Shown: positions 37,652-46,611 of the stretch, in pieces
Position numbering within the stretch: position 1 is the stretch's first letter
Layout of the letters: the number at the start of each line of letters is the position of its first letter
DNA from: Candidatus Limnocylindrus sp.
GTDB taxonomy: Bacteria; Chloroflexota; Limnocylindria; Limnocylindrales; Limnocylindraceae
Length of the DNA stretch: 64,000 nucleotides
Direction: 5' to 3'
Assembly (NCBI GenBank): GCA_040397175.1
Contig: JBBAWM010000001.1
Span: forward strand, 153,976-217,975
Program-made: the position numbers and the translations under genes
Notes under the pieces: generated by a model
What the model saw: only the letters and a program-made list of their open reading frames with translations
Databases searched by the model: none
What the model was told of the DNA's origin: nothing

Positions 37652-38397
37652 TGCGCGGGCTCCTGTTTCGAGAGATTAGTTTTGGCTATAAACGGAAGAA
37701 TCAAGGAGAGCTAGCCGTCCTACAACGCTTAACTTGGCACGTGCCTACAGGCGTTACCGCCCTGCTTGGCATCAATGGTGCAGGCAAGAGCACGCTCTTG
37801 TCCCTTGGCGCGACGGCGTTGATGCCGAGGAGTGGCAAGGTGTCACTCAACGAGCTGGATTCCCGCGATCAGCGAACCCAATTTCGAGCGCGCGTGGCAT
37901 GGATGCCGCAGCAATATCGAGCAGTACCGGGGCTCACAGTTCGAGAACAGGTGGCGTATTCCGGTTGGCTGAAGGGTATGAGTCGTGACGATGCATGGCG
38001 CGGGGCCTCCGAAGCGTTGGCACGCGTGAGGCTGCAGGATCTAGCTGACCAGCCTGCAAGTGAACTTTCAGGAGGCCAGCAACGGCGCGTTGGCCTTGCC
38101 AGTGCCCTGGTCCACCACGCAGAAGTGTTGCTGCTCGATGAGCCCACCTCTGGGCTCGATCCAGAGCAGCGAGCCCTGTTCCGTGAACTACTGGTAAACA
38201 TTGGCGCCGACCGGACGGTTGTGGTTTCAACACACGACACAGGTGAAATCACGACGGCCTATGAGCATGTCGCGGTACTTCACGCAGGAAACATCGCCTT
38301 TGACGGCGCCTTGCAGGCCTTCTCGGCGCGTGCCCCAGCGGGGAGTGAGCGCCCGATTGAATCCGCATTTCTGGCTCTGATCGCTGGCGGTAAGTAG
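37651..38397 (+). CDS. ABC transporter ATP-binding protein
   Basis: GINGAGKST, LSGGQ, LLDEPT, STHD. Confidence 0.92.
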   Translation: MRGLLFREISFGYKRKNQGELAVLQRLTWHVPTGVTALLGINGAGKSTLLSLGATALMPRSGKVSLNELDSRDQRTQFRARVAWMPQQYRAVPGLTVREQVAYSGWLKGMSRDDAWRGASEALARVRLQDLADQPASELSGGQQRRVGLASALVHHAEVLLLDEPTSGLDPEQRALFRELLVNIGADRTVVVSTHDTGEITTAYEHVAVLHAGNIAFDGALQAFSARAPAGSERPIESAFLALIAGGK

Positions 38398-39672
38398 GTG
38401 CGTCTTCGCACAATGCTCAGAATTTCGCCCGCAGTTTGGCTGACCTTACCTACGCTGATTCTGTCCATTCTCTATGTGACCAAGGCGATCTACCCGAACA
38501 ACTACGGTGTCGCAGCGACGGCGGGTGCAACCTCGTCTATGGCGTTCTTGGTTGGATTTGTTGCGATGACTGCGGCATGGGAGGCTGCACGGCTTCGTCG
38601 CGGCGGCATTTGGGATGCGCCGCATACACGTTCTAGGTTCGACATCACCATCATTGCGGTAACCCCCTCAATTCTATTGGGAGCCGTATTCCTACTCGGG
38701 ACTGTCGTTGCTGCCTCTGTCTACGGTCAGGCCGGGCTGCCTGAGATTCGCATGGTTGTCGTTGGATTCGTTGCAATCTGTGCGTGGAGCCTGGTGGGCT
38801 TCCTTGCAGGACTACGACTCCCCATGTCGGTGTCGCTACCGGGCATGCTTTTGGCGCCATTCCTCTGGTTCGCCTTTGTGCCAGCACTCCCTGTGGAATG
38901 GTTGCGTCATCTCAGCGGCATGTACCGAGATTGCTGCCGGATCGGTGCCGATATTGCCCCGGCGGCGCTGCTCGCAGGCCTGATCATGAATGTGACAATC
39001 ATCGTCATCGCGCTCTATGCGATCGGCGCTCTCGGTATGCGATGGTCACGCATCGTCGCAACCGCAATGCTCGTTACAGGGGTGATGGTCAGTAGCGCGT
39101 TCGCCTGGAATGTTGGTCCGATCCCAGAGGTTGCGCGCGATCAGTCCGCCTTAAAGTGCAGCACAGTGAGCGCAGCAGAGTTGTGCCTGTGGCCCGAGCA
39201 CGACAGCCCCACACAACTGTTTCGGCCGACGCTGACTGCAGTGATAGTGGAACTGGCTCGTCAGGAATTGCCGATCCCAGGCCGCTGGAGTGAAGAGCTC
39301 GCGAGCGCCACATCAGTGGATACGTTGACGCTCGACTTGTGGAAGTCAGATCCAGATTCAATTCGCTGGTCAATCGCACAGGGACTGGCGCCCTGGCCAG
39401 CGTGTTCGGAGGCTTCAGACTCAGGGTTTAGCGGTTCCTCAATTGATGTGTTGCGGGGCTGGTGGTTCACTGCGATGGGTGGGTCCGAAGCGATGCTGCA
39501 AGAGAATCTCGGCTGGTTGATCGCAGATCCGTCAGCATCTGGCGGCATTCCAATCAAGGACCTATACAGCGCCGTTGGCTCCGCTCCAGTCACATCGCGC
39601 GTTGCTTGGTTGGAGCGGCTTACATCCTTGGTTGCTGAATGCCAGTCGCCCGATGACTACAGCGTTCAATAG
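38398..39672 (+). CDS. Polytopic membrane protein with C-terminal extracytoplasmic Cys-containing domain (probable ABC permease)
   Basis: Multiple TMs, AAWEAARLRR, DCC, C..V....LCLWPEH. Confidence 0.7.
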   Translation: MRLRTMLRISPAVWLTLPTLILSILYVTKAIYPNNYGVAATAGATSSMAFLVGFVAMTAAWEAARLRRGGIWDAPHTRSRFDITIIAVTPSILLGAVFLLGTVVAASVYGQAGLPEIRMVVVGFVAICAWSLVGFLAGLRLPMSVSLPGMLLAPFLWFAFVPALPVEWLRHLSGMYRDCCRIGADIAPAALLAGLIMNVTIIVIALYAIGALGMRWSRIVATAMLVTGVMVSSAFAWNVGPIPEVARDQSALKCSTVSAAELCLWPEHDSPTQLFRPTLTAVIVELARQELPIPGRWSEELASATSVDTLTLDLWKSDPDSIRWSIAQGLAPWPACSEASDSGFSGSSIDVLRGWWFTAMGGSEAMLQENLGWLIADPSASGGIPIKDLYSAVGSAPVTSRVAWLERLTSLVAECQSPDDYSVQ

Positions 39673-39673
39673 C

Positions 39674-40288
39674 GTGTCCCTGTATCGAAAAATTCGTCGA
39701 GTTAATCTGATCACTCTTTCGGTCGTCGGATCGGCACTTCTTTTGCAAGTCCCGGCCAGCGCAATCTCTATTCGGGTGAGTCCTATTGGCGCACCGCTGA
39801 TGATCGCCCTCTTCATCGCTTTGGGGTTGCCAAGCGCCTTAGGATTTGGGCTGTCTAGCGGACTTCCCGCGCAAGAGTCCGTAGCAGCGCGCCGTATACG
39901 TCGCTACGACGCTGTACTCGTGGCCTCAAGCGTTTGTGCATTCTTGGCTCTTGGAGCCATCGGTGCACAGGTGTCTGCGGGAATCAATGTTTCAGGTGTA
40001 GGCGATACGTATCTAATTGCCACACGAGCGCTTATGACCTACCTAGGCTGGCTACTCGTCGCCCGGTTTTTTGTTGGATGGCGCACCGCTTCAATTGCGC
40101 CGGCGCTCTACCTCCTGGCGGTTGGAGTCTTTGGTTTCGCTGACGAATCCGCTGCGGCTGAATGGGCTTGGATCGGTCTCCCGGCGAATGACGGTTGGGC
40201 CTGGGCGTGTACGTGGATATTGCTTGGGTTGGGTACAGCGCTCTGGGCTTTTCGCCCTAACTGGTCAATCGAGGTGCGTGCGGCCTAG
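39674..40288 (+). CDS. Hydrophobic membrane protein (probable second permease/immunity subunit)
   Basis: About 6 TMs; GTG one base after the upstream stop, start uncertain. Confidence 0.6.
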   Translation: MSLYRKIRRVNLITLSVVGSALLLQVPASAISIRVSPIGAPLMIALFIALGLPSALGFGLSSGLPAQESVAARRIRRYDAVLVASSVCAFLALGAIGAQVSAGINVSGVGDTYLIATRALMTYLGWLLVARFFVGWRTASIAPALYLLAVGVFGFADESAAAEWAWIGLPANDGWAWACTWILLGLGTALWAFRPNWSIEVRAA

Positions 40289-40290
40289 TT

Positions 40291-40419
40291 CTCCCAGCCT
40301 TTAGGATCGGCCTCGATCCAGCACTCGCCGCAGCCGCCATGGGCGGATCGAGCGTGACGGTGGTGCTGAATGCCCTGAGGCTGCGAAGGCTGCCACTAGA
40401 GCGATATCGGTTGAACTAG
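40291..40419 (+). pseudogene. Direct repeat copy 2: orphan copA 3' fragment encoding LPAFRIGLDPALAAAAMGGSSVTVVLNALRLRRLPLERYRLN*
   Basis: In-frame homolog of the copA C-terminal codons, 36 of 38 residues identical, with its own stop TAG. Confidence 0.88.
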
Positions 40420-40534
40420 CACCCCCTGCTAGGATTTCTCGGGCTACTGATTGGCGCAAGTTTGGTCGGCAAACTGTCATCCCAGCCGCAGTTGCATGAG
40501 AGCAGCTGAGTCAAGGCAAGGAGGTTCTCCAAAA

Positions 40535-41251
40535 GTGGGATACACCCTCATCACCGGAGGATCTCGAGGTCTTGGTTTCGAGTGCGCCAAGGCGCTGCGG
40601 GCGAGCGGCCAAACGGTGCTGCTGATCGCAAAGGATGAACCGCGCTTGGCCGCAGCTGCCCAAAGCCTGGGCTGTGAGTACCAGAGTGTGGACCTTGCGG
40701 ATCTTGAGGCGACCGAGAAGGCGTTCACTGCGATCCTCGCCACGCGTGGTGCCCCTGATGTGCTGATCCTTGCGCACGGGGTGATGAGTGAAAAGTCTTC
40801 CAAAACCTTCGCTACGAATATCGACGAGTGGCGCCGGGTGATGTCGATCAATTTGGATTCTGTCTTTTGTGCACTCAATATTCTTGCGAAGCCAATGGCT
40901 GAGGCGCGACAAGGGCGGGTGGTTGTCTTCTCGGCGTGTCTTGGTCGTATGTCAGGACCAGGCAACGCAGGGGGGTTAATTCCTTACCGTGTGAGCAAGG
41001 CGGGGGTCAATGCACTCGTACGCAACCTTGCGCATGAAACGCTCCACGGCAAGCGCGGCTTCCTGATCGACGCTGTCTGCCCCAATCACTCCCGGACCGA
41101 CATGGGCGGGCCAGGCGCACCACTCTCTGCCGAAGAGGGCGCCGATACGGCGATCTGGTTGGCAACCCGACCGTTCAACGTCGAGGGCGCTTCCGATCAA
41201 GAGAAGCTGACTGGAGTGCTATGGGAGGAGCGAAACGTAATCCCATGGTGA
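40535..41251 (+). CDS. Short-chain dehydrogenase/reductase
   Basis: TGGSRGLG, YRVSK, RTDMGG; SD AGGAGG before GTG 40535. Confidence 0.85.
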   Translation: MGYTLITGGSRGLGFECAKALRASGQTVLLIAKDEPRLAAAAQSLGCEYQSVDLADLEATEKAFTAILATRGAPDVLILAHGVMSEKSSKTFATNIDEWRRVMSINLDSVFCALNILAKPMAEARQGRVVVFSACLGRMSGPGNAGGLIPYRVSKAGVNALVRNLAHETLHGKRGFLIDAVCPNHSRTDMGGPGAPLSAEEGADTAIWLATRPFNVEGASDQEKLTGVLWEERNVIPW

Positions 41252-42438
41252 CCCCGCTCGGCCTAACAAAGATCGATGCGACCGAGGACCCACTCAAACT
41301 ACTGGCCGAACACTTCGAGGGCCTCTATTCAGGGACGCTTGGCCTGAGCTCAATCAGCGGCGGGCAACAGGCGGCCGACAGGGCGCTCCAGCAGCTTGAT
41401 ATCAGGGGGTACGCCGACCGCCGCTCGCAGGTGCTTCCACGGGCGAATCGAGGCGCGAGCGTGCTCTCTCCATACATTCGTCACAACATGATCACGCTGC
41501 GCCAGGTCTATGACGCCGTACAGGGTGCACCAGCCAAAGATCGTGAGAAGTTCCGCGATGAGCTCTGGTGGCAGGAGTATGCGCGGCACCTCTACGCCCG
41601 CATTGGCGTGCGCCTATTCGAGAACCTGCGTTTTGCCGCGAACTGGCGCGGCGAGGGGAACGGCTGGAATCGGGAGATGCTCTGCATCGACGAAGTTGTC
41701 TCTGAGCTCGAGGGGGATGGCTGGCTCGTCAATCAAACTCGCATGTGGCTGGCCTCTCACTGGACGGTTCGCAATGGTGTTGGCTGGATCTCGGGCCAGG
41801 AGCGCATGCACCAAGAGCTCATCGATGGCTCCAGGGCCGCCAACCTGCTTGGATGGCAGTGGACGGTCGGTGCGGGCACCGGCAAGCCCTACGGTTTTGC
41901 GAAGTGGCAGGTGGACAAGCGAGCGCCAGGCATCTGTTCACGATGTCCCCTCAAGGCCAACTGCCCGATCGAGGAGTTCCCGCGCGAGGTACACCTAGAG
42001 CAGCTTGAGCGAGATCCGCTTCTGGACAACGATCCCAACGTGCAGCGCACCACTGGGCCGATCACGCCCAGAATCAAACGCCCTGCGACGCATGTGCTGC
42101 TGACGATCGACTCACTCGGAATGCACGATCCGGCGCTTCGGGCCAATCCGACCTTGCCCGCGATCTTTGTCTTCAATGAGGGTGCGCTGAGGAAACTACA
42201 GCTGAGCGCGCGGCGAATTGGGTTCTATCTGCAGACGCTTGGCGAGCTCAGTGCTCAGCGAGGTGTGGAGGTGTATATCGGTGATCCCTACCAGTTTGCA
42301 CAAGAGCATCCGGTAGCCGTGACCTATGCGCCCGTTCCATCATTTCGAAAATTCACATCGGTTGCTGAGCTGCATCCATATCCGTGGCTGAAACTGCCGT
42401 CTGCAGGATCAGTTCGCAGCTTCTCCTCGTGGCGATAA
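41245..42438 (+). CDS. Photolyase/cryptochrome-family protein with inverted domain order (FAD domain first)
   Basis: SVLSPYIRH, ELWWQEY, GWLVNQTRMWLAS, LIDG..AAN..GWQW; C-terminal DSLG.HDPAL...IFVF...RRIGF. Confidence 0.8.
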   Translation: MVTPLGLTKIDATEDPLKLLAEHFEGLYSGTLGLSSISGGQQAADRALQQLDIRGYADRRSQVLPRANRGASVLSPYIRHNMITLRQVYDAVQGAPAKDREKFRDELWWQEYARHLYARIGVRLFENLRFAANWRGEGNGWNREMLCIDEVVSELEGDGWLVNQTRMWLASHWTVRNGVGWISGQERMHQELIDGSRAANLLGWQWTVGAGTGKPYGFAKWQVDKRAPGICSRCPLKANCPIEEFPREVHLEQLERDPLLDNDPNVQRTTGPITPRIKRPATHVLLTIDSLGMHDPALRANPTLPAIFVFNEGALRKLQLSARRIGFYLQTLGELSAQRGVEVYIGDPYQFAQEHPVAVTYAPVPSFRKFTSVAELHPYPWLKLPSAGSVRSFSSWR

Positions 42439-42465
42439 CAACAGTCCGTGTAGGGCGCCGCTGAG

Positions 42466-43743
42466 CTAGCGAAGCTTTCCGAAGAGCGCCGAGGCGTTCT
42501 GGCCACCGAAGCCGAAGCCATTGATCAGCACGCGGTCGACTGACTGGTTGGTGCGCGCGGTGTGCGGCACGTAGTCGAGGTCGCACTCGGGGTCTGGCGT
42601 GTCGAGGTTGATCGTGGGTGGTACGGTGCCCGTCTCGATCGCCTTGATGGCGGCGAGTCCGGCAATGGCGCCAGCGCCACCCAAGAGGTGGCCGACCATG
42701 CTCTTTGGCGAGCTGATCGGAATCTTGTAGGCGTGATCACCAAGGGCGCGCTTGATCGCCTTTGTTTCGGTGAGGTCGTTGAGTGGGGTGCTCGTGCCGT
42801 GCGCCACGATGTAGCTGATGTCTTCGATGACGGCGCCGCCATCGAGGATCGCCTTGGTCATGGAGCCTGCAGCGCCGCGGCCGGTTGGCTCAGGGGCGCT
42901 GATGTGGAAGGCGTCGGCGGTTGCACCGGCACCGAGCAGCTCGGCGCGAATCGTGGCCCCGCGCGCCTTCGCGTGGGCGAGCGACTCGACCACGAAGACG
43001 GCACCGCCTTCGCCGAAGACGAAGCCGTCGCGGTTCTTGTCAAACGGTCGGCTGGCGTGCGTTGGGTCGTCGTTGCGCTTGCTGAGGGCGCCCATGTTGC
43101 TGAGGGCGGCGAAGGCCATCGGCAGGAGTGGTGCCTCGACGCCACCGGCGACGACCACGTCGGCCTCGCCGCTGCGGATCAGGCGGAGTGCATCTTGAAA
43201 GGCGAGCACGCCCGTGGCGCAGGCGGCGGCCTGGGTGATCGCGGCGCCGGTGAGGCCGTACTTCATGCTGACCATGCAGGCGCCCATGCTCGGGCTAAGG
43301 GCAGGAATGGCGAAGGCGCTCACGAAGCGGCCGCCCTTTTCGCGATAGGCGTCGCTCCCGATGGTGACCTGCTCGATGCCACCACCGCCGGTGTTGATCA
43401 CCGTGGCAACGCGGTCGCGGCGCTCTGGCTCCCAGCTGGCAATGTCGGCGAGGCCGGCGTGTTCGATGGCTTCGGTGGCGGCGGCGATCGCGAACTGCAC
43501 GAAGCGGCTCATGCGACGCGCCATCTTCATATCCATGGTGAGGAGCGGATCGAAGCCCTTCACCTCGGCGGCGATGCGCACGTCGTTTGGTGAGGCGTCG
43601 AAGTGGGTGATGAGGCCCGCACCTGAGCGTCCTGCGATCAGGCTCTCCCAGTATTCGCCAGCGCTATTGCCGATCGGCGTAATCGCGCCGTAGCCGGTGA
43701 TGACCGCGCGCTGCGTGTCGGTTCGTACGGGGGTGGTGCTCAT
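42466..43743 (-). CDS. fabF: Beta-ketoacyl-ACP synthase II (copy 2)
   Basis: AACATG, AHGTST, GHLLG, GFGFGGQN. Confidence 0.9.
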   Translation of the reverse strand: MSTTPVRTDTQRAVITGYGAITPIGNSAGEYWESLIAGRSGAGLITHFDASPNDVRIAAEVKGFDPLLTMDMKMARRMSRFVQFAIAAATEAIEHAGLADIASWEPERRDRVATVINTGGGGIEQVTIGSDAYREKGGRFVSAFAIPALSPSMGACMVSMKYGLTGAAITQAAACATGVLAFQDALRLIRSGEADVVVAGGVEAPLLPMAFAALSNMGALSKRNDDPTHASRPFDKNRDGFVFGEGGAVFVVESLAHAKARGATIRAELLGAGATADAFHISAPEPTGRGAAGSMTKAILDGGAVIEDISYIVAHGTSTPLNDLTETKAIKRALGDHAYKIPISSPKSMVGHLLGGAGAIAGLAAIKAIETGTVPPTINLDTPDPECDLDYVPHTARTNQSVDRVLINGFGFGGQNASALFGKLR

Positions 43744-43751
43744 GGCTCCTC

Positions 43752-45017
43752 CTACTTTCCGGTCCAGCGCCGCAACACGATGGCGCCATTATGGCCACCG
43801 AGCCCAACGTTGTTGCTCACCGCGGCACGAATCTCGGCCGGGCGTGTTTCACAGTTGACGTTCAGGTTGCAGGCGGGGTCGACGTTCTTCGTATGCAGAG
43901 TTCCTGGAATCACCTGGTGGTGCAGCGAGAGGGTCGTGAAGACTGCCTCCACGGCGCCCGCGGCACCCATCAGGTGTCCCGTCAGTGACTTCGTTGCTGA
44001 GATTGGAATCTCTGCCGCACGTGGCCCGAAGGAGGCGTGGAAGGCGAGCGCCTCGCGCTCGTCGCCCACTGGCGTGCTGGTGCCGTGCGGATTGATCAAA
44101 TCAATCTCCGACGGATCGATCTTGCCGCGCTGCAGCGCCCACTTAATGGAGCGCGCCGAACCGGCACCCCCCTCGATCGGCTGGATCATGTCGTGCGCGT
44201 CGGCCGAGCTGCCGTAGCCAACAACTTCGGCGTATATGGTGGCGCCGCGCGCCGTGGCCGAGGCGAGATCCTCAACGATGAAGGCGCCCGCCCCTTCGCC
44301 CAGAACGAAGCCGGCGCGATCCACGTCGTACGGTCGGCAGGCCGATGCTGGCCCTTCGCCGTCGCGCGGGCTGGCGAGTCCGCGCATGTTCATGAAGCCG
44401 ATGTGCGCCACCTCGATAAGGGGGTTCTCGGTGGAGCCGGCGATGACGGCGGTCACGTCGCCGCGCTTGATCGCCTCAGCAGCCTCGCCCAAGGCATGCG
44501 TGCCGGTGGCGCATGCGGAGACGACGGCGAGGTTGTGCCCCACGGCGCCCGACTCGATCGCAATCATCCCCGAGGTGCTGTCGACGAGGCCGTGGGCGAT
44601 GAAGGTCGGCGCAACGGTGCGCGGCCCCTTCTCCTTCCAGCTCATCTGGTTCTCGATGAAGAGCCCTTGCCCGCCAGCGCCCGAGCCGAAGACCACGCCA
44701 ACCTCTTCGCGGTTCGCGTCGGTGATCTCGAGCCCCGAGTCGCGCAGGGCGGCCTTCGCCGCGGCAACACCCCAATGGATCTCGGGGCCGGTGCGGCGGA
44801 TCTGCTTGGCGTCGAGGAACTGGGTGACGTCAAAGTCCTTCACTTCGCCAGCAACCACGTATGGCGCGTAGGGGGTTGGGTCCCAGTGGGTGATCTGCGC
44901 GATGCCGCTGCGCCCTTCCGTCAGTGATGTCCAGACGTCGCCGACGGTGTTGCCGATCGGCGAGACGATGCCGAGTCCGGTGATAACGACCCGTCGGGTG
45001 TGATCTGGCTCGCGCAT
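43752..45017 (-). CDS. fabF: Beta-ketoacyl-ACP synthase II (copy 1)
   Basis: SACATG, PHGTST, GHLMG, GLGGHN. Confidence 0.85.
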   Translation of the reverse strand: MREPDHTRRVVITGLGIVSPIGNTVGDVWTSLTEGRSGIAQITHWDPTPYAPYVVAGEVKDFDVTQFLDAKQIRRTGPEIHWGVAAAKAALRDSGLEITDANREEVGVVFGSGAGGQGLFIENQMSWKEKGPRTVAPTFIAHGLVDSTSGMIAIESGAVGHNLAVVSACATGTHALGEAAEAIKRGDVTAVIAGSTENPLIEVAHIGFMNMRGLASPRDGEGPASACRPYDVDRAGFVLGEGAGAFIVEDLASATARGATIYAEVVGYGSSADAHDMIQPIEGGAGSARSIKWALQRGKIDPSEIDLINPHGTSTPVGDEREALAFHASFGPRAAEIPISATKSLTGHLMGAAGAVEAVFTTLSLHHQVIPGTLHTKNVDPACNLNVNCETRPAEIRAAVSNNVGLGGHNGAIVLRRWTGK

Positions 45018-45036
45018 GCCGCTACTCCTTCACTAC

Positions 45037-45978
45037 TCAGGCTGCTGGACTGATGTCATCAATAGAGAAAACCTCGGAACCGTCAGCCGATGGGATGCGC
45101 TTCACGAGTCCGGCAAGCACACGGCCCGAGCCAACCTCGATGTAGCGCTGCGTGCCCGCTGCTGCCATGGCGTTCACCGCGGCGATCCAGTCGACGCCAC
45201 TGGTGAGGTGATTCGAAAGTTCGTCGCGCAGCTGTGCGGCGGTGGTGATGCGCGCGGCTGTAGCGTTGGCGAGCATCGGTGTCTTCGGATCGGCGATGGC
45301 GACGGCGGCGAGTGCCTCGCGCATGCCGGCTGCGGCCTCCTCCATGAGTGGTGAGTGGCTGGCGATGCTGACCTGCAGTCGCACAGCGCGCTTGGCGCCT
45401 GCGGCGCTTGCGGCGGCAACGGCCGCTTCGATGGCAGCGACTTCACCCGAGAGCACGATCTGCCCCGGCGAGTTGCGATTGGCAAAGACCAAGATGCCGA
45501 GCTTCGCGCCGGCGGCGATCACGTCAGCCTCGGCGCTCTCAGGGAGGCCGAGAATGGCCGCCATGGCCCCAGGTCGTCCGCCACCAGATGCCTGCATCAG
45601 TTCGCCACGTCGGCGGGCGAGTCGCACGCCGTCGGCAACGGAGAGTGCGCCAGCGGCAACGGCGGCGGCGTACTGGCCGGCCGAGTGTCCGGCGATAAGG
45701 ATCGGTTCGCCGAGGGGTATGCCTGCGGCGGCGGCGCGTTCGCGCGCGGCGGCGAGCAGGGCAATGGAGATCGTGAGGATGGCTGGCTGTGCGACCTCGG
45801 TGCGCTCGAGGGCTTCCACGGGGCCGGTGGCCATCAGCTGGCCGAGTGGCTGACCGAGGGCAGCCTCAGCCTCGGCGAGGACGGCGCGTGCGGCAGGGGA
45901 GGCGGCGAGGGCGGCGGCGCCCATGCCGACGCTCTGCGAGCCCTGCCCAGGAAAGATCCACGAGGTGTTCGGTGGCAT
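45037..45978 (-). CDS. fabD: Malonyl-CoA:ACP transacylase
   Basis: FPGQGSQ, AGHSAGQY, RGELMQ, ASHSPLM. Confidence 0.9.
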   Translation of the reverse strand: MPPNTSWIFPGQGSQSVGMGAAALAASPAARAVLAEAEAALGQPLGQLMATGPVEALERTEVAQPAILTISIALLAAARERAAAAGIPLGEPILIAGHSAGQYAAAVAAGALSVADGVRLARRRGELMQASGGGRPGAMAAILGLPESAEADVIAAGAKLGILVFANRNSPGQIVLSGEVAAIEAAVAAASAAGAKRAVRLQVSIASHSPLMEEAAAGMREALAAVAIADPKTPMLANATAARITTAAQLRDELSNHLTSGVDWIAAVNAMAAAGTQRYIEVGSGRVLAGLVKRIPSADGSEVFSIDDISPAA

Positions 45979-46019
45979 GCGGGGAATCGTAGCCGCCCCC
46001 ATCGGCCCGCCGCGCTAAT

Positions 46020-46036
46020 ATATGCGCATATGCATA
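46020..46036. promoter_or_regulatory. Palindromic candidate operator between fabD and the MarR gene
   Basis: ATATGCGCATAT perfect 12-bp palindrome overlapping GCATATGC and TATGCATA; covers TAATAT and the ATG. Confidence 0.5.
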
Positions 46037-46611
46037 CACCTCGGCGTAGCCGCATCTCCGAGATCACGAAGGCCGCCGAGGGGCTGCGCAGTCGCCTACC
46101 CGCCGCCGTGCGCGTGGCTCGCGGTGAGATGGGGGAGAGCCCGCTCGATGAGGTCTCGCGACGCCGGCAGAGCCTTGGTGAGATCGGCGGCCGCATCGTT
46201 TCGATTCGCCGCCTTTGGCGCGAGCTGGTGCTTTCGACGGCGCAGCAGTTAGCGCCGAGCGAACTCTCGTTGGCGCAGGTTGCCGCGCTCTATCTGCTGG
46301 CCGACGGCAAGCCGCGATCCGTGGGCGAGATTGCGCGGGACCTCGGCCGCTCACATTCGGCAACGAGTCGCCTCGTGAGCTTCCTGCATGAGCGTCGCTA
46401 TCTGCGTACCGCGCCAGCGAGTGATGCCCGCGTGCGCCGATCACAGCTCGCGGCGGGCGGCGAAGCGTTGCTGACGTCGATTGATCGCGGTCGCGCGGAA
46501 CAGTTTGTGGATGTGGTGCGTCGGCTGCCGAAGGCGGAGCGCGGTCTGGTTGCTGCAGCGGTTGCCGCGTTGGCAACGCGCGCGCCGGTTACTCCCCCGC
46601 GTACCCCATAG
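46030..46611 (+). CDS. MarR-family transcriptional regulator
   Basis: LSLAQ, SVGEIARDLGRSHSATSRLV, DARVR..L...G winged helix. Confidence 0.8.
   Translation: MHTPRRSRISEITKAAEGLRSRLPAAVRVARGEMGESPLDEVSRRRQSLGEIGGRIVSIRRLWRELVLSTAQQLAPSELSLAQVAALYLLADGKPRSVGEIARDLGRSHSATSRLVSFLHERRYLRTAPASDARVRRSQLAAGGEALLTSIDRGRAEQFVDVVRRLPKAERGLVAAAVAALATRAPVTPPRTP

Larger units (their letters stand above)
37183..40404 (+). mobile_element. Integrase-free gene cassette/islet bounded by duplicated copA 3' ends
   Basis: Flanking 114-bp direct repeats; visibly more AT-rich sequence and codon use than the flanks; four tightly coupled genes. Confidence 0.7.

Noticed and set aside
42466-45017. Type II PKS KS/CLF pair
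   Set aside because: Both copies retain the catalytic Cys-His-His; no ACP, cyclase or tailoring genes nearby
45355-46029. Long N-terminal extension of the MarR ORF (418 aa in the track)
   Set aside because: Overlaps fabD antisense; ATG 46030 follows TAATAT and gives a plausible MarR length
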